Positions 51,509 through 62,016 of a stretch of DNA of 64,000 nucleotides are shown here, in pieces; the first letter of the stretch is position 1, and each line of letters starts with the position of its first letter. Location of the stretch: positions 19,740-83,739 of the forward strand of contig CAZHIA010000004.1 in assembly GCA_964532425.1 (NCBI GenBank), in the 5' to 3' direction. A model generated the notes under the pieces. That model was given only the letters and a program-made list of their open reading frames with translations. It did no database searches and was not told the origin of the DNA. Both the position numbers and the translations under genes were made by a program. The DNA comes from an uncultured Candidatus Saccharibacteria bacterium (GTDB lineage: Bacteria > Patescibacteriota > Doudnabacteria > UBA920).

Positions 51509-54500
51509 CTATACCTTATTCAAAGCCTTGCGGGTCAGCGTATCGAGCACCCCGCTCTGCTTTAACCCCTGTGACTGCTGATACTGTTTGACCGCAAGTA
51601 CGGTCGCATCGTCAAACGTCCCTGTCACTTCGCTTGAAACCGGCAGGAAGCCGAGCGTCTGCAGGGTCTGCTGGAGATATTTTACTTCGGTGTCTTTCCG
51701 TCCTTTACTGAGATACTTGGTAAACGCCGTGTTCTTGGGTGGCTGCGGCAGCTTCTTTATTGCACCACTGACCCGTACGGACAGAGCAGCCGTAAATCCT
51801 GACTCGTTACCAGCAGCATCAACGGCCACCAAGCGATAGTAGTAACGTTTGTTGGCCTTAACGGCAGCGTCCTGAAAGAACGAACCGGTTTCCATGGAAG
51901 CAATCGGCGAGCCGATATCTTTAGCCGACTCCGAACGATAGACCTTGGTGTGGTGGAAATCGACTTTGGGGTCGGTCCAGGTCAAGGTAACTTGGGTTTT
52001 ACCGGTGCGGTACCCTTTCACGTTCAGCGGAGTCAGAGGCGGCGTTACATCAGCCGGGGCAACCAGCGCAAACCTGGTAAAATGCCTGACATGAAGAATA
52101 ATCCGATGGTTTTGCTTATCGACGGTGTAATTATCGATCTTAACCCAGGCGCCGACTGACTCATCAAAATAACTTGGCGCCAAACGGTCCTCCGAAACAC
52201 CGAGTTTGAGCAAGTCTTCCCGGGTATATGGCAAAGTGATTTCCACATCGTTTGCCAAAGCAGTGACCGGTTTTTCCGACTGATCCTTCATGCTAATATC
52301 GTACACCGTACCAATAACCCTGGCGGTTTGTTGCGTAGGAACTTCAACAGTCGGCTTGACATCAACCTGAACACTCTGAGCAGCCGGAGCAGCACCCGCA
52401 GGTACCACCACGCCTGCGCCGCTGCTGGATTGTACGATGACAGGTTCGGTAGTCGAACTGGTTGCCGATACCGCTTCCGGAAGCGGTTTAGAAGAAACTT
52501 GCAAGAGAATAACGGATATCATCGCTGGCTGGGAGGAAGTGTCAACGACTGTTTCCGCAGACTTGTATGCGTACCCAGCGACCACTTTTCCCGCTCCGAT
52601 ATGCCAGCGCTGGCCAACGGCAAGCGTCAAAGCGAATAATCCGTCCGCGTCCGTACTGGCGCTGGCTGTCCCGCCCTGTTCCGACCAGGCCCACACGGCC
52701 GCTTCCGCTATTGCAGTACCGTTGGACATCTTCGTGTTTCCGCTCACCGTGACCGTAGTCGCAGCTTGAGGTTTTTTGAAAACAACCGTTACTGATTTGT
52801 CTTCACCAATCACAACAGTGAAATTTTGATCAATGGGATTCACAAAACCTTCCCCTGCTGGCGCATAAAAGTGCAAAGCATAATTTCCTGGCACGACCAT
52901 AAAGCTCACCGCACCCACGGAGTCCGTCTTTTTGAATTGGGATGGGAGTGCCGCAGAAGCACCCGCGACCGGAGAGATCCCGATACCTGCGCCAGCCATG
53001 GGCTTCCCCTGCTCATCTGTGGCAGCAACGGTAACCTTGGCAGTCAGCACGGTAACCGAAAAGTTCAATGTGGCCGTTTCCGCTATGGAATTGTCTGCTA
53101 GCGTAATCACTTGCGGCTGGTTCTGCCAGACCCAGGTTGCAGCCGTCGTGGTCGCGGGCAGAATACTGATATTCCACACGCCAGGACTAAGCTTTAGATA
53201 ATATGTTCCGTCACCGGCAACCGGCGCAGTCAGCCACTGCCCCGTGGTCTGACTCACCGCTTTCACGACTGCATCGGCAACCGCTTTGCCGTCGCCCGTC
53301 CGAACCGTTCCAGAAACAGCCTTACTAGCCGCTGCCAAAGCCTTTAACTGGAATGACTGATCCAACATTTGACCTGCAGTGACGGTAATACTTGCCGGCG
53401 CCGGTTTGACCAAATCATTCCGGTCGCTCGGCAGCAACACCTCGACAGAGTAACTACCGGGAGCCAACGTAATGGAATACGTGCCGGTAAAGCCGGTTAC
53501 TGCCTGGGTGTTCACGCTGAAGTCGGCGTTATACGCATGGATCCCGACTTTTGCCACTGGTTGCCCACTCTCGTCTGTTATGGTTCCGGTTACGATTGCC
53601 AGTGTAACGGCGGTAGTGCTCGGAGCCGCAGTCTCTGCGGTCGTAGTCGATACAGAAGAATTCGGCGCTACTTGATTTACTCCGACAAGCGGCGAAATAT
53701 TCGTTTTCCCGGGTACAACGCTCACAATATTCGAGACCGCTGAATAGAGCGGATAAGCCCCCGGGGCTGGCTGTGCAAACGCCTGAACTTTGTAATAATA
53801 GTAGACCCCTGCAGAGACATTCGTGTCCGTATACTCCGTCGTATTGGCTGACACGTTACCAATATCAGTCCAGCCTCCCGAAATAAGTTTGTACAACTTA
53901 AAACCCGTCTCGTTCGTAGAATTATCGGTCCACCTCAAACTCACATAACTCGTACTTGCCATAACTACTGCAAGGTTTGAAGGCGCGGCAGGTGCCGTAA
54001 TTGACGGCGAAGTCGTCGTCGGAGCAGTGACAACACTCGAGGATGTAGTCGTGGTAGAAGCTGCCGGAGGGGCAGTACTCGTACTGGCAGTAACCGTGAC
54101 GGTCGCTGTATTCGATACCGGCGAATACGCAATCGAATTCGCTGACTGGATAAAAGACTGTACGCGGTAGTTGTAGGTCTGCCCAGCGGTCACGGAAGTG
54201 TCAGTATATGTAGTCACACCCGCACCCACATTCGTAAGTTCGGTCCACAGACCGCTTTTTATTTTGTACAGTTTGAACCCGGACTCATTCGTTGAATTAC
54301 TGACCCAAGTCAGTTTTACAGAACCACCAACTACGGTAGCAGCCATACCACTCGGGGCATATGGCGGCGTAAGGGAGGATGAGCCGGTTCCAGAGGTGGT
54401 GGAGGTAGAAGGCGCGACCACATTCACTACTACGCTGTCAGTGGCTGTCCCATTCGCTCCAGTACAGGTCATTCCATACGTATTTTGCGCGACTACCGAT

Positions 54501-55708
54501 ACGCTATTAAACTGCCAGCTGCCAGAAGTTCCCTTGTTTGTATTGCCCCATGTTCCCGATGTCACACAACTGGTAGCGTTAGAGGAAGTCCACGTAGCGG
54601 TATAATTTGTCGGGGCGGTCAGGGTCAGCGGACCGTCTTGATTATTTATCTTAATATCAACCGTGACCGGGTTGTTAGAGGTAACACCCGAACCGGTGCC
54701 AGCAGTCGATGCTGCCGCAACTACCGTCACGACATTGGAAACACCCGAGTATATAGGGTAATTATTTCCCTGCTGATTATAGGCTTGAACTTTATAGTCA
54801 TTGCTCACCCCTGGCGTAACACTGGAATCAGTATACGTTGTGACATTCGCCCCCACGGTGCCGATCTCCGTCCAAAGTCCGGTAATGGTCTTGTAAATCT
54901 TGAAGTTGGTTTCGTTCGATGAATTATCGGTCCAGCTCAGGACATTCTTACCAACAGCGGCAGATACCGAAAGACCGGTCGGGGCGGCCGGTGTAACCAC
55001 TGAGCAGGATTGAGCAAAGCCCGCTGAGGCACCGCTGGCATTCGCATATGTATTGTTAGCATCATACAAAACCGCTTCAAACGTGACCGGATTCTGGTAG
55101 CGGCCGCAGTACATTCCTAAGAGAGTCATAAAATCGGAATCAGTACACTGCGAGAGCAGAGCGGCCATGGTCGACACCGTCCCCTTGTTGATTTTAGCGT
55201 AATCCCTCCCTGAGTCCGCAAACGGCAGCATCGTAGGCAGGGCAACATCAGGCCGGCGAACCACGCACATGCCAGTATACTGTGTCGTAGGCTGGGTTTG
55301 CTGCTGGGTTGCCTGAATTACATGGATTATCACAGAGTCACTGGCACCATCACAGCTGATGGTAAAGGTGTAATCTGCGGCTAATAGTCCTGAAACCTGC
55401 TGGGTGCCGTTACCGGAAGCAATGGGTTGGCCCATAGTGCTGCCCATAGTCCCGGAGACCTGGCAATTTGCCGTGTCGGACGAGGTCCAGCTCACCGTAA
55501 ATGTTGCCGGCGCAGTCATGGTTACCGGGCCATCACTGTTATCCGCCTTAATGTCCGCCACAGCTGCCGTTTGCGCAGTCACGCTCAATAACGGGACAGT
55601 CGCGGCTACAATCAAAACAGCAATAAAACCCGCACAAAAAAATGCCGGGTTTAAAAAAAATCCGAGAGAGCGCCTGGAGGGCCTGCGCAGGCTTGAGAGC
55701 TTGCTCAT
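51509..55708 (-). CDS. Giant cell-surface protein (1399 aa): N-terminal anchor/signal, multiple fibronectin-III-like and Ig/CarboxypepD_reg-like domains, C-terminal peptidoglycan-binding (PG_binding_1) domain
   Basis: FN3-like units (NLAVVMASTSYVSLRWTDNSTNETGFKLYK...YYYYKVQAF, three copies); C-terminal YLQQTLQTLGFLPVSSEVTGTFDDATVLAVKQYQ matches PG_binding_1. Confidence 0.8.
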   Translation of the reverse strand: MSKLSSLRRPSRRSLGFFLNPAFFCAGFIAVLIVAATVPLLSVTAQTAAVADIKADNSDGPVTMTAPATFTVSWTSSDTANCQVSGTMGSTMGQPIASGNGTQQVSGLLAADYTFTISCDGASDSVIIHVIQATQQQTQPTTQYTGMCVVRRPDVALPTMLPFADSGRDYAKINKGTVSTMAALLSQCTDSDFMTLLGMYCGRYQNPVTFEAVLYDANNTYANASGASAGFAQSCSVVTPAAPTGLSVSAAVGKNVLSWTDNSSNETNFKIYKTITGLWTEIGTVGANVTTYTDSSVTPGVSNDYKVQAYNQQGNNYPIYSGVSNVVTVVAAASTAGTGSGVTSNNPVTVDIKINNQDGPLTLTAPTNYTATWTSSNATSCVTSGTWGNTNKGTSGSWQFNSVSVVAQNTYGMTCTGANGTATDSVVVNVVAPSTSTTSGTGSSSLTPPYAPSGMAATVVGGSVKLTWVSNSTNESGFKLYKIKSGLWTELTNVGAGVTTYTDTSVTAGQTYNYRVQSFIQSANSIAYSPVSNTATVTVTASTSTAPPAASTTTTSSSVVTAPTTTSPSITAPAAPSNLAVVMASTSYVSLRWTDNSTNETGFKLYKLISGGWTDIGNVSANTTEYTDTNVSAGVYYYYKVQAFAQPAPGAYPLYSAVSNIVSVVPGKTNISPLVGVNQVAPNSSVSTTTAETAAPSTTAVTLAIVTGTITDESGQPVAKVGIHAYNADFSVNTQAVTGFTGTYSITLAPGSYSVEVLLPSDRNDLVKPAPASITVTAGQMLDQSFQLKALAAASKAVSGTVRTGDGKAVADAVVKAVSQTTGQWLTAPVAGDGTYYLKLSPGVWNISILPATTTAATWVWQNQPQVITLADNSIAETATLNFSVTVLTAKVTVAATDEQGKPMAGAGIGISPVAGASAALPSQFKKTDSVGAVSFMVVPGNYALHFYAPAGEGFVNPIDQNFTVVIGEDKSVTVVFKKPQAATTVTVSGNTKMSNGTAIAEAAVWAWSEQGGTASASTDADGLFALTLAVGQRWHIGAGKVVAGYAYKSAETVVDTSSQPAMISVILLQVSSKPLPEAVSATSSTTEPVIVQSSSGAGVVVPAGAAPAAQSVQVDVKPTVEVPTQQTARVIGTVYDISMKDQSEKPVTALANDVEITLPYTREDLLKLGVSEDRLAPSYFDESVGAWVKIDNYTVDKQNHRIILHVRHFTRFALVAPADVTPPLTPLNVKGYRTGKTQVTLTWTDPKVDFHHTKVYRSESAKDIGSPIASMETGSFFQDAAVKANKRYYYRLVAVDAAGNESGFTAALSVRVSGAIKKLPQPPKNTAFTKYLSKGRKDTEVKYLQQTLQTLGFLPVSSEVTGTFDDATVLAVKQYQQSQGLKQSGVLDTLTRKALNKV

Positions 55709-55743
55709 ATAGCTATAAATTATATTTTTATTTATTTGAAATT

Positions 55744-56133
55744 TTATCCTACGTTGAAATAATGCCTGACCGATCCCAGCACATCGTCCAGGTGGATTGA
55801 AGCTTTCACGAGGTAATCAGAAGCACCAAGTGCTTTTCCTTTTTCTACTTCCTGGGGTCCACCAAGGTTGGAGACAATAAGAACCGGAACATTTTTCCAT
55901 GCCGGCAGCGTTTTGATGTGTTCCAGGACTTCAAATCCGGTCATACCGGGAAGCATCAGGTCCAGCAGGACAATATCTGCAGGCTCATGACTATCAACGT
56001 ACTTTACCGCGTCTTCGCCCGTGACGGAGAACTCCACGTCAAAATTCTCTTTTTTGAAGATAAAATCGTACGCCTTATCCAGATACGTATCATCTTCAAC
56101 GATATAGATTTTTCTCTTTTTTTCTGTTTCCAC
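55744..56133 (-). CDS. Stand-alone response-regulator receiver (CheY-like) protein
   Basis: KIYIVEDD...DIVLLDLMLPGMTGFEV...VLIVSN...K; conserved phospho-acceptor Asp and Lys. Confidence 0.85.
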   Translation of the reverse strand: METEKKRKIYIVEDDTYLDKAYDFIFKKENFDVEFSVTGEDAVKYVDSHEPADIVLLDLMLPGMTGFEVLEHIKTLPAWKNVPVLIVSNLGGPQEVEKGKALGASDYLVKASIHLDDVLGSVRHYFNVG

Positions 56134-56218
56134 GCCTTTGAAATATTAACAACAGCCAGAAGACCAGCCATTGTCCTTACCAATATTAATTATGACACGA
56201 ATCATAAAAAACACCAAA

Positions 56219-57004
56219 TCACAGTGTTAATGTCACTTGCCCGTCTTTCCGCTTCATTCCGCGGTTGGGTAGGGTAAAACGAAACACCGAGCCTTTACCC
56301 AATTCCGATTCCACCCAAATCCGCCCGCCCCAGCTCTCCACAAGGGACTGGGCAAGGGACAAACCAAGACCTGAACCCTGACTATCGAATTTCCGAGCAT
56401 TCGTCGCCCGGTAAAACATGCTAAAAATCTTATCTTGTTCGTCATGCGGTATGCCGATTCCCTGGTCCCGTACGGAAAACATGATGTTATCCTTCGTATA
56501 TTCGATGGAAAGAGTAATGCACGTATTCGGTGGGGAATAATTGATGGCGTTCGTGAGCAGGATCTGGAGCAGTTGCCACAGAAATTCCGGGTCAGCCGGG
56601 ACTTTCGGGAGCTGTTCAGGAACCGAATACAGGCACACGGTCAGATGCTTGCCCATAACAAAAGGCTTTAGGGCGTCTACGGCTCCGCGCACTGTCAGCA
56701 ACAAATCCAGCGGCTCCGGCTGGACAATGACTCGGCCGGAATCCAGCCGACCAACGCGCAGCAGCACCTCCTCCAGTTTTTTTAGATGATCAAGGATCTC
56801 GGAAAGATTTCCGACAAGAAACTTTTGGTCATCGTTCAACGGGCCAGCCGAACCGTTTCCCAGCATATCCAAAAACCACCGCAACGAAACCAGCGGTGCC
56901 CGCAATTGGTGGGCCATGAGCGAAATAAAGTCTACCCGCCCGCCACCTGAGTGGCCGGCATTTTTTATCGATTTTTGTTTCATTTGAGACTGTTTTGAAA
57001 TCAC
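56219..57004 (-). CDS. Cytoplasmic histidine kinase (HisKA plus HATPase_c)
   Basis: H-box MAHQLRAPLVSL; G-boxes GSGLGLSLAQ and GKGSVFRFTLP. Confidence 0.85.
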   Translation of the reverse strand: MISKQSQMKQKSIKNAGHSGGGRVDFISLMAHQLRAPLVSLRWFLDMLGNGSAGPLNDDQKFLVGNLSEILDHLKKLEEVLLRVGRLDSGRVIVQPEPLDLLLTVRGAVDALKPFVMGKHLTVCLYSVPEQLPKVPADPEFLWQLLQILLTNAINYSPPNTCITLSIEYTKDNIMFSVRDQGIGIPHDEQDKIFSMFYRATNARKFDSQGSGLGLSLAQSLVESWGGRIWVESELGKGSVFRFTLPNRGMKRKDGQVTLTL

Positions 57005-57185
57005 CTCTAGTATACCAGATTTCCCCTTATTTTGGCCAACCGAAGCCAGACTACGTCCAACGCAGCAAATATCTTACCCTCTCTGTTTGCCTGGCGCGTG
57101 GCAAGGTGCCGTCCATCTACGGCCCCTCAACTGACTATCCGGGGCAATAGTCAATACAATTAGGACAAAAAGTTTGAGGCGTACC

Positions 57186-57863
57186 TCAAGATTTTTCTGG
57201 CTGTTCATTTTTCGTTAAGAGATCCTCACACACGCGATACCACTCACCAATCAGTTCCTTCCTTTTTTGTTCACCGCCCTCCCCGACCTCCTCCCGGACT
57301 TCGCGCGTCAAAAAATCTGCCAATAGGCTCACTATCGCCTGGAAGCCGAAAGCTTCCACTATAGGGCGGACGCGCGCTTCGTCGTAGAGGTCCCCCAAGT
57401 GTTCCTGGGCGTAGACCAGACAGGTCTGCAGGCGCTCTTGCCGATCCTGGTCACGAATCCGCTGCTGCTCTTCAGGATCGACCTTATCATTCTTGTGAGC
57501 CACTGCATACTCATACCCCTCGTACCATTCGGCAATGACCTGGTCCCGGGTCATCGTTTCACCTTCTGTGGGATAATCTTCGACAAGTATCAATTTTTGC
57601 CCCAGACTCTGTACAGCCGCGTACCCGAACGCGAGCAGGATCGGGCGGACCCGGGCCTCATCAAATGCATCCTTCAAATACTCCCGGGCGTATCGCATAT
57701 TCACCGGCAGACGCCGCTCCCGTTGAGATTGTTCCCGCTCATTCTCCTTCTGGCGCTGCATCTCCAGCATTCTCTCTGCCGCTTGTCGTTCGCGCTCAGG
57801 CCGGTTTAACTCGTCTTGCAGATCCGCCAGCCGCGTGTAATGGTCCGGTATTTCTATACTCAT
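57186..57863 (-). CDS. Hypothetical coiled-coil protein with an internal tandem duplication
   Basis: Repeats ARVRPILLAFGYAAVQSLGQKLILVEDYPTEGE... and ARVRPIVEAFGFQAIVSLLADFLTREVREEVGE... Confidence 0.55.
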   Translation of the reverse strand: MSIEIPDHYTRLADLQDELNRPERERQAAERMLEMQRQKENEREQSQRERRLPVNMRYAREYLKDAFDEARVRPILLAFGYAAVQSLGQKLILVEDYPTEGETMTRDQVIAEWYEGYEYAVAHKNDKVDPEEQQRIRDQDRQERLQTCLVYAQEHLGDLYDEARVRPIVEAFGFQAIVSLLADFLTREVREEVGEGGEQKRKELIGEWYRVCEDLLTKNEQPEKS

Positions 57864-57903
57864 ATTTGAAATTTATTTACTGTTTACAATAAAATTTTTA
57901 AAC

Positions 57904-59373
57904 TTATTGCCTTTTATGATCTACCTTCGTCGTTTCGGAAAACTCTTTCAGCAATAGAGAATCAATGAGCAATTCGTGTTTGCGTAGCTGAATTAATATT
58001 TTCGCCTCTTCCTTGGTTAGCGGGATGTTCAGTTGTTTTTTCTCCAGAATGCGAATGTCCTGGCCGAGCTGCTTTTTGAGCGCCATAAAGTCACGGGAGA
58101 TCTGGTGGTACAAGTCATACGGTACGATATCGCGACCGAGCCTGCAAGAGCGGCGGCTTTTGACTAACAGCCAGAGCAAAAGAACAGCGAGCAGGAGCAG
58201 GAGCAGGCACATGCCACTGAGCACGATCACGAGCGTCTGGTTTCCAGCAGCGGCAGGAGCGGCGATTACAACCGGTACTTGCTGCTGTGGCGCGGACTGC
58301 ACGGGTTCACGTACGGTAAATGCAAGTTCCTTGGAGGATTTATTTCCCGCCTTATCCACTGCCTGTACACTCAGAACGTGACCACCCTTCGTTACATCTG
58401 CAAGAGCGTACAATTGCGAGCCGGTCTTAATCCAACTCACTGGCGGGTTGCCGTCGAGCGATACCTCAAAATGGTCGATGCCGGACGGCGTATCGGTCGC
58501 TTCAAAATCAAAAGCATTCTGGGAAAGATCAGGTTGTGTCAAACTCTGCCATGTGGGGCGCTCGGTATCGATCTGGAAGCGCACATGCTGCGTCGCGCTC
58601 CAACCGGCTCGGGAATAATATTTGATATGGAAATACCAAATCCCATCAGCCACGTTTTTATAGGTATGATATCTGTACAGCCCATACCCGGAACTACCAG
58701 GTACGGTGTCAGGGTTCCTGTCAGCAGTAAATGAGACTTGCGTGGCCGCGGGCGGTACGGTCCATTCGAAACGAACGGCATTGCCGCTGTACCACTGGGC
58801 AGGATCCGGATGAGTTGTGGAACGCACGGCAAATTCACCCTGGACTGGCAACGGCGAAGTCTCCGTTTGAGACGCGGCTGCGATTGTAATATTGGCCGAA
58901 CGGGCTCCCGCGTAAATATTGGTGCCGCTGCCGTCTGCCAGCAGAATCCTACCGCTTGAAATTGAGACTGCCGCGGCCCCCTCCTGCAGGGCTTTAAAAG
59001 TCACCGCCAGCACAGCAGTGCCGCTACCACTATAGCCTTTGGGTGAACCGCCGGCAAAAGAAACTGCTGAACCACTGATCGTTGGTTCTTGCGGCCAGTA
59101 GGAAAAAACACTGCCCTTTGAAACGCTTACGGCTTTGAGCAGATTCCCATCGAACGTAATCGACCCTTCTGCAGCATTGACCGAGCTGCTGCCGGTATCT
59201 ATGACAAGTGAGAGCTTGACACTCTCCCCGATTCTGACGGTTTTTTGTGCCGGGGAGAATCCAAAAAAAGCGCTCTCGGCCTGTGCAGGCACAGGGCCGA
59301 CTGCTACCCAAAGAATAACAGCGACTAAAAGCGCACTGAAGAATTTAGTGATGTGTTTTATGTTTCCTGGCAT
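57904..59373 (-). CDS. Secreted, C-terminally membrane-anchored protein with an N-terminal cohesin-like domain
   Basis: Signal peptide; cohesin-like pattern (ITFDGNLLKAVSVSKGSV...GSGTAVLAVTFKALQEGAAAVSIS...LADGSGTNI); C-terminal TM plus cytoplasmic tail. Homologous to the 59345 protein. Confidence 0.55.
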   Translation of the reverse strand: MPGNIKHITKFFSALLVAVILWVAVGPVPAQAESAFFGFSPAQKTVRIGESVKLSLVIDTGSSSVNAAEGSITFDGNLLKAVSVSKGSVFSYWPQEPTISGSAVSFAGGSPKGYSGSGTAVLAVTFKALQEGAAAVSISSGRILLADGSGTNIYAGARSANITIAAASQTETSPLPVQGEFAVRSTTHPDPAQWYSGNAVRFEWTVPPAATQVSFTADRNPDTVPGSSGYGLYRYHTYKNVADGIWYFHIKYYSRAGWSATQHVRFQIDTERPTWQSLTQPDLSQNAFDFEATDTPSGIDHFEVSLDGNPPVSWIKTGSQLYALADVTKGGHVLSVQAVDKAGNKSSKELAFTVREPVQSAPQQQVPVVIAAPAAAGNQTLVIVLSGMCLLLLLLAVLLLWLLVKSRRSCRLGRDIVPYDLYHQISRDFMALKKQLGQDIRILEKKQLNIPLTKEEAKILIQLRKHELLIDSLLLKEFSETTKVDHKRQ

Positions 59374-60283
59374 GTCGTTTCTTTACTGTCAGTATGGCAA
59401 AAATTACCGCGAGCAGCAACAACGCCACGGCCAACCAACCAAACCGTCGGTTGTCCGGAAATGCGAATACCTGTGACGCAATCCGCTCATTGCCCGCGCG
59501 GTCAACTGCCTTAACCAGCACTGTCACGGTTCCCTGTTGATGCTGCAGCACAACAGGGCTACTGACCAGCTTCCACGCACCAGGCTGGCCAGTACCGGGT
59601 CGGCTATTACCGTCCAGCTCCTGCATCTGGTAATAGGATATTCCGGAATCTTTATCAAGCGCCTGGAATGAGGCAAAATACTTGCCGCCGAACATTTCCG
59701 GGTTCCGGCTGATGGAAATTATAAAGGGTTCAGGCGGGGTGGAATCCTGCGTGCTTGCGTACTGTTTAGGCGCATACTGTGATGGCGCCGGTAGAATGAC
59801 CGCTTTTGCCGGCACGAGGCCAGGCGAAATACGCGTACCAGCGCCATCGTTCAAGTAGACGGCACTTGAGGTATTGAATGCGAATTCTGCCGTACCCGCA
59901 GAGACAGCTTTGGCCACCACTGTTCCGACCAGGCCACCACTGCCGGAAAATCCGGGATTCGGCAACCCACCGGCAGCAGACACCACGGACAAATAGGGGG
60001 AATGTGCTAGGGGTGATGTCCAGAGCTGGACGATAGAACCGGCACTGTCAACGGCCTGCACCTCTACGCTATCGCCGGAGTATAGCAAATCCATCCTGAC
60101 AGCATTTACCGGCTTTTCCGCATCAAGATAGACGCGAACCGGAAACACGTCCCCGGCATACAGCGGGCCGTCCGGCAATACCACGCGCAATGCCGCAGCT
60201 TGGACCAGCAATGGTATGCCAAAAAGCAAAATTACCAATACGATTTTAGCTGTTTTATATATATTCATTACTCCGTCCACCAA
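59345..60283 (-). CDS. Secreted, membrane-anchored protein with a cohesin-like domain (paralog of the 57904 protein)
   Basis: VRMDLLYSGDSVEVQAVDSAGSIV...GSGGLVGTVVAKAVSAGTAEFAFNTSSAVYLNDGAGTRI; C-terminal TM plus basic tail. Overlaps the upstream gene. Confidence 0.55.
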   Translation of the reverse strand: MVDGVMNIYKTAKIVLVILLFGIPLLVQAAALRVVLPDGPLYAGDVFPVRVYLDAEKPVNAVRMDLLYSGDSVEVQAVDSAGSIVQLWTSPLAHSPYLSVVSAAGGLPNPGFSGSGGLVGTVVAKAVSAGTAEFAFNTSSAVYLNDGAGTRISPGLVPAKAVILPAPSQYAPKQYASTQDSTPPEPFIISISRNPEMFGGKYFASFQALDKDSGISYYQMQELDGNSRPGTGQPGAWKLVSSPVVLQHQQGTVTVLVKAVDRAGNERIASQVFAFPDNRRFGWLAVALLLLAVIFAILTVKKRHARKHKTHH

Positions 60284-61617
60284 TACATCATAATGCTAAA
60301 ATCAACCAGGTCGACGCTCCCATCCTGGTTCAAATCCGCTGCGGGATTTTTTGGCGTACCCCAGTTGAACATCAAAATACTGAAGTCAACCAGATCTACC
60401 CTGCCATCGCAGTTAATATCAGCTATTCCGCATTTTCGGTCAGGGCTTATTGGGTTGATTTTAGTGCCGAAAACGCCGAACATGCTCAAACGATCCTGAG
60501 CAGTACTTATAATCCTGAGTGTGGTATTCCGGCTACCGCCGCTCTCTAACCAGCCCACCGGGGGATCCTGCAGACGGTATAAAACGAATGTGGATTCCTC
60601 ATGACTTGCCACCTGGGCCGCGGTATACCCGAACGTGTATTGCAACGGCTTTAAAAATGTATCTACGGTCTTCCCCGCTCCATCCTGGGCCATAACACTA
60701 AAAGCGTACGATCCGCTCAAATCCAAACTATCAGGCGGCATGACTAATGCGTTGACCGTGGCTTTGGGCAAAGCCGCGATCACAAAAGTAACCACCGAGG
60801 CATAAAAGTTCCGCGGGATACTTATTTTCAATGTCTGGCCGTCCGGTGCGACGAAATTAATTTCGTTGTCGGTTTCGGGATCCACCGTGTAGGTACCCAA
60901 AGGACTTGGCGGAAACCTGAGCCCCCCGCTCGCGGGCTGGGGCGGAGCCGGCGGCTGAGGCGGTTGTGACGGCTCACCGCTCTTACCGCCGCCGACGGAA
61001 ACTTGATTAACCATGGCAACCATGGCAGCGCTTTCGTCGATAACCTCGCTGCCCGCTAACTTGGTCTGGAGGGATATTGTATAAGACCCCTCTGCAGCGG
61101 CGTTGATCACCTGGTGCGTTCCGGTTCCTCCATATGTTGCATTGCTGCCGATTCGAATGGAAAGTTGGGTTTGAGCAGGAAGGATGTCAGTGTCATTCAA
61201 CGTGAGTACGAGCGATTGCCCGGCAACCGCAAATCCCCACGGACTTCCGGCACCTGTTCCTGCGATAGTCGCAAGCGGTTGCTGCCTGCCGTTTATAAGC
61301 ACATCAACATCTTGGAAATCCAGAGCAGCCGGAACGACAAGCTGGTTCGAAAATAGAACCTCAAGTTGACCGGAAGGAAGAACGGGTTGGGTTGTCGTAA
61401 AACGTATCTCATGGTCAGCTCCCCGCCCCGGCGCCGAGGTCGATATCGTGTCACTGACAACAGTCAGGTCTCGCACATGACCCGAAACAAATACAGGCTG
61501 GCCAAAAAACAAGAGACTGCAAGTCAGCAGGCATGCAAAAGCAGGCCGGAACAGTCCGGAATGTCTGCGTACGATTCCAGCCAGATGCAGAAAAACCTGC
61601 CCTGCCTTGTGCTGCAT
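60268..61617 (-). CDS. Secreted protein with a C-terminal type-I dockerin-like domain
   Basis: Duplicated Ca-binding loops DINCDGRVDLVDFSILMFNW and DLNQDGSVDLVDFSIMMYWW; Pro-rich linker PPQPPAPPQP. Confidence 0.65.
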   Translation of the reverse strand: MQHKAGQVFLHLAGIVRRHSGLFRPAFACLLTCSLLFFGQPVFVSGHVRDLTVVSDTISTSAPGRGADHEIRFTTTQPVLPSGQLEVLFSNQLVVPAALDFQDVDVLINGRQQPLATIAGTGAGSPWGFAVAGQSLVLTLNDTDILPAQTQLSIRIGSNATYGGTGTHQVINAAAEGSYTISLQTKLAGSEVIDESAAMVAMVNQVSVGGGKSGEPSQPPQPPAPPQPASGGLRFPPSPLGTYTVDPETDNEINFVAPDGQTLKISIPRNFYASVVTFVIAALPKATVNALVMPPDSLDLSGSYAFSVMAQDGAGKTVDTFLKPLQYTFGYTAAQVASHEESTFVLYRLQDPPVGWLESGGSRNTTLRIISTAQDRLSMFGVFGTKINPISPDRKCGIADINCDGRVDLVDFSILMFNWGTPKNPAADLNQDGSVDLVDFSIMMYWWTE

Positions 61618-61621
61618 GATA

Positions 61622-62002
61622 TTAGCGATACCCTAACTGTTTTTTATTTCTTTTAAAGTCCAAATAAAAATTTATTCCAAGCAGGAAAAATAAAGCCAGC
61701 TCCAACAGGAAAATAACCTGTAGCATCATGCTCTTCCGGGAATTAATCCTCTCGAGCTGGTTCGCTTGCATCTCAAGCTGCCGCTCTTTCTGTGCCAATT
61801 CACGGTCTTTAGCCTGGATCTGCTCCACGGCGGAATTCACCGGATTTGGCAGCACTTCCGCTGAGGTGTTCACTCCAGCTACCGCGCCATACTCCGGCAC
61901 TGACGGCTTTAAGAAGCCAGGTGTCACAAAACCGGCAGCCAAAAGTATTGCCCCCGCAATGAATAGCATCCCATACACTTTCGTAGGCCATGAGAATTTC
62001 AT
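61622..62002 (-). CDS. Small membrane protein with a coiled-coil region
   Basis: N-terminal and C-terminal TM helices. Confidence 0.5.
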   Translation of the reverse strand: MKFSWPTKVYGMLFIAGAILLAAGFVTPGFLKPSVPEYGAVAGVNTSAEVLPNPVNSAVEQIQAKDRELAQKERQLEMQANQLERINSRKSMMLQVIFLLELALFFLLGINFYLDFKRNKKQLGYR

Positions 62003-62016
62003 ATCACCCTTCGAAT

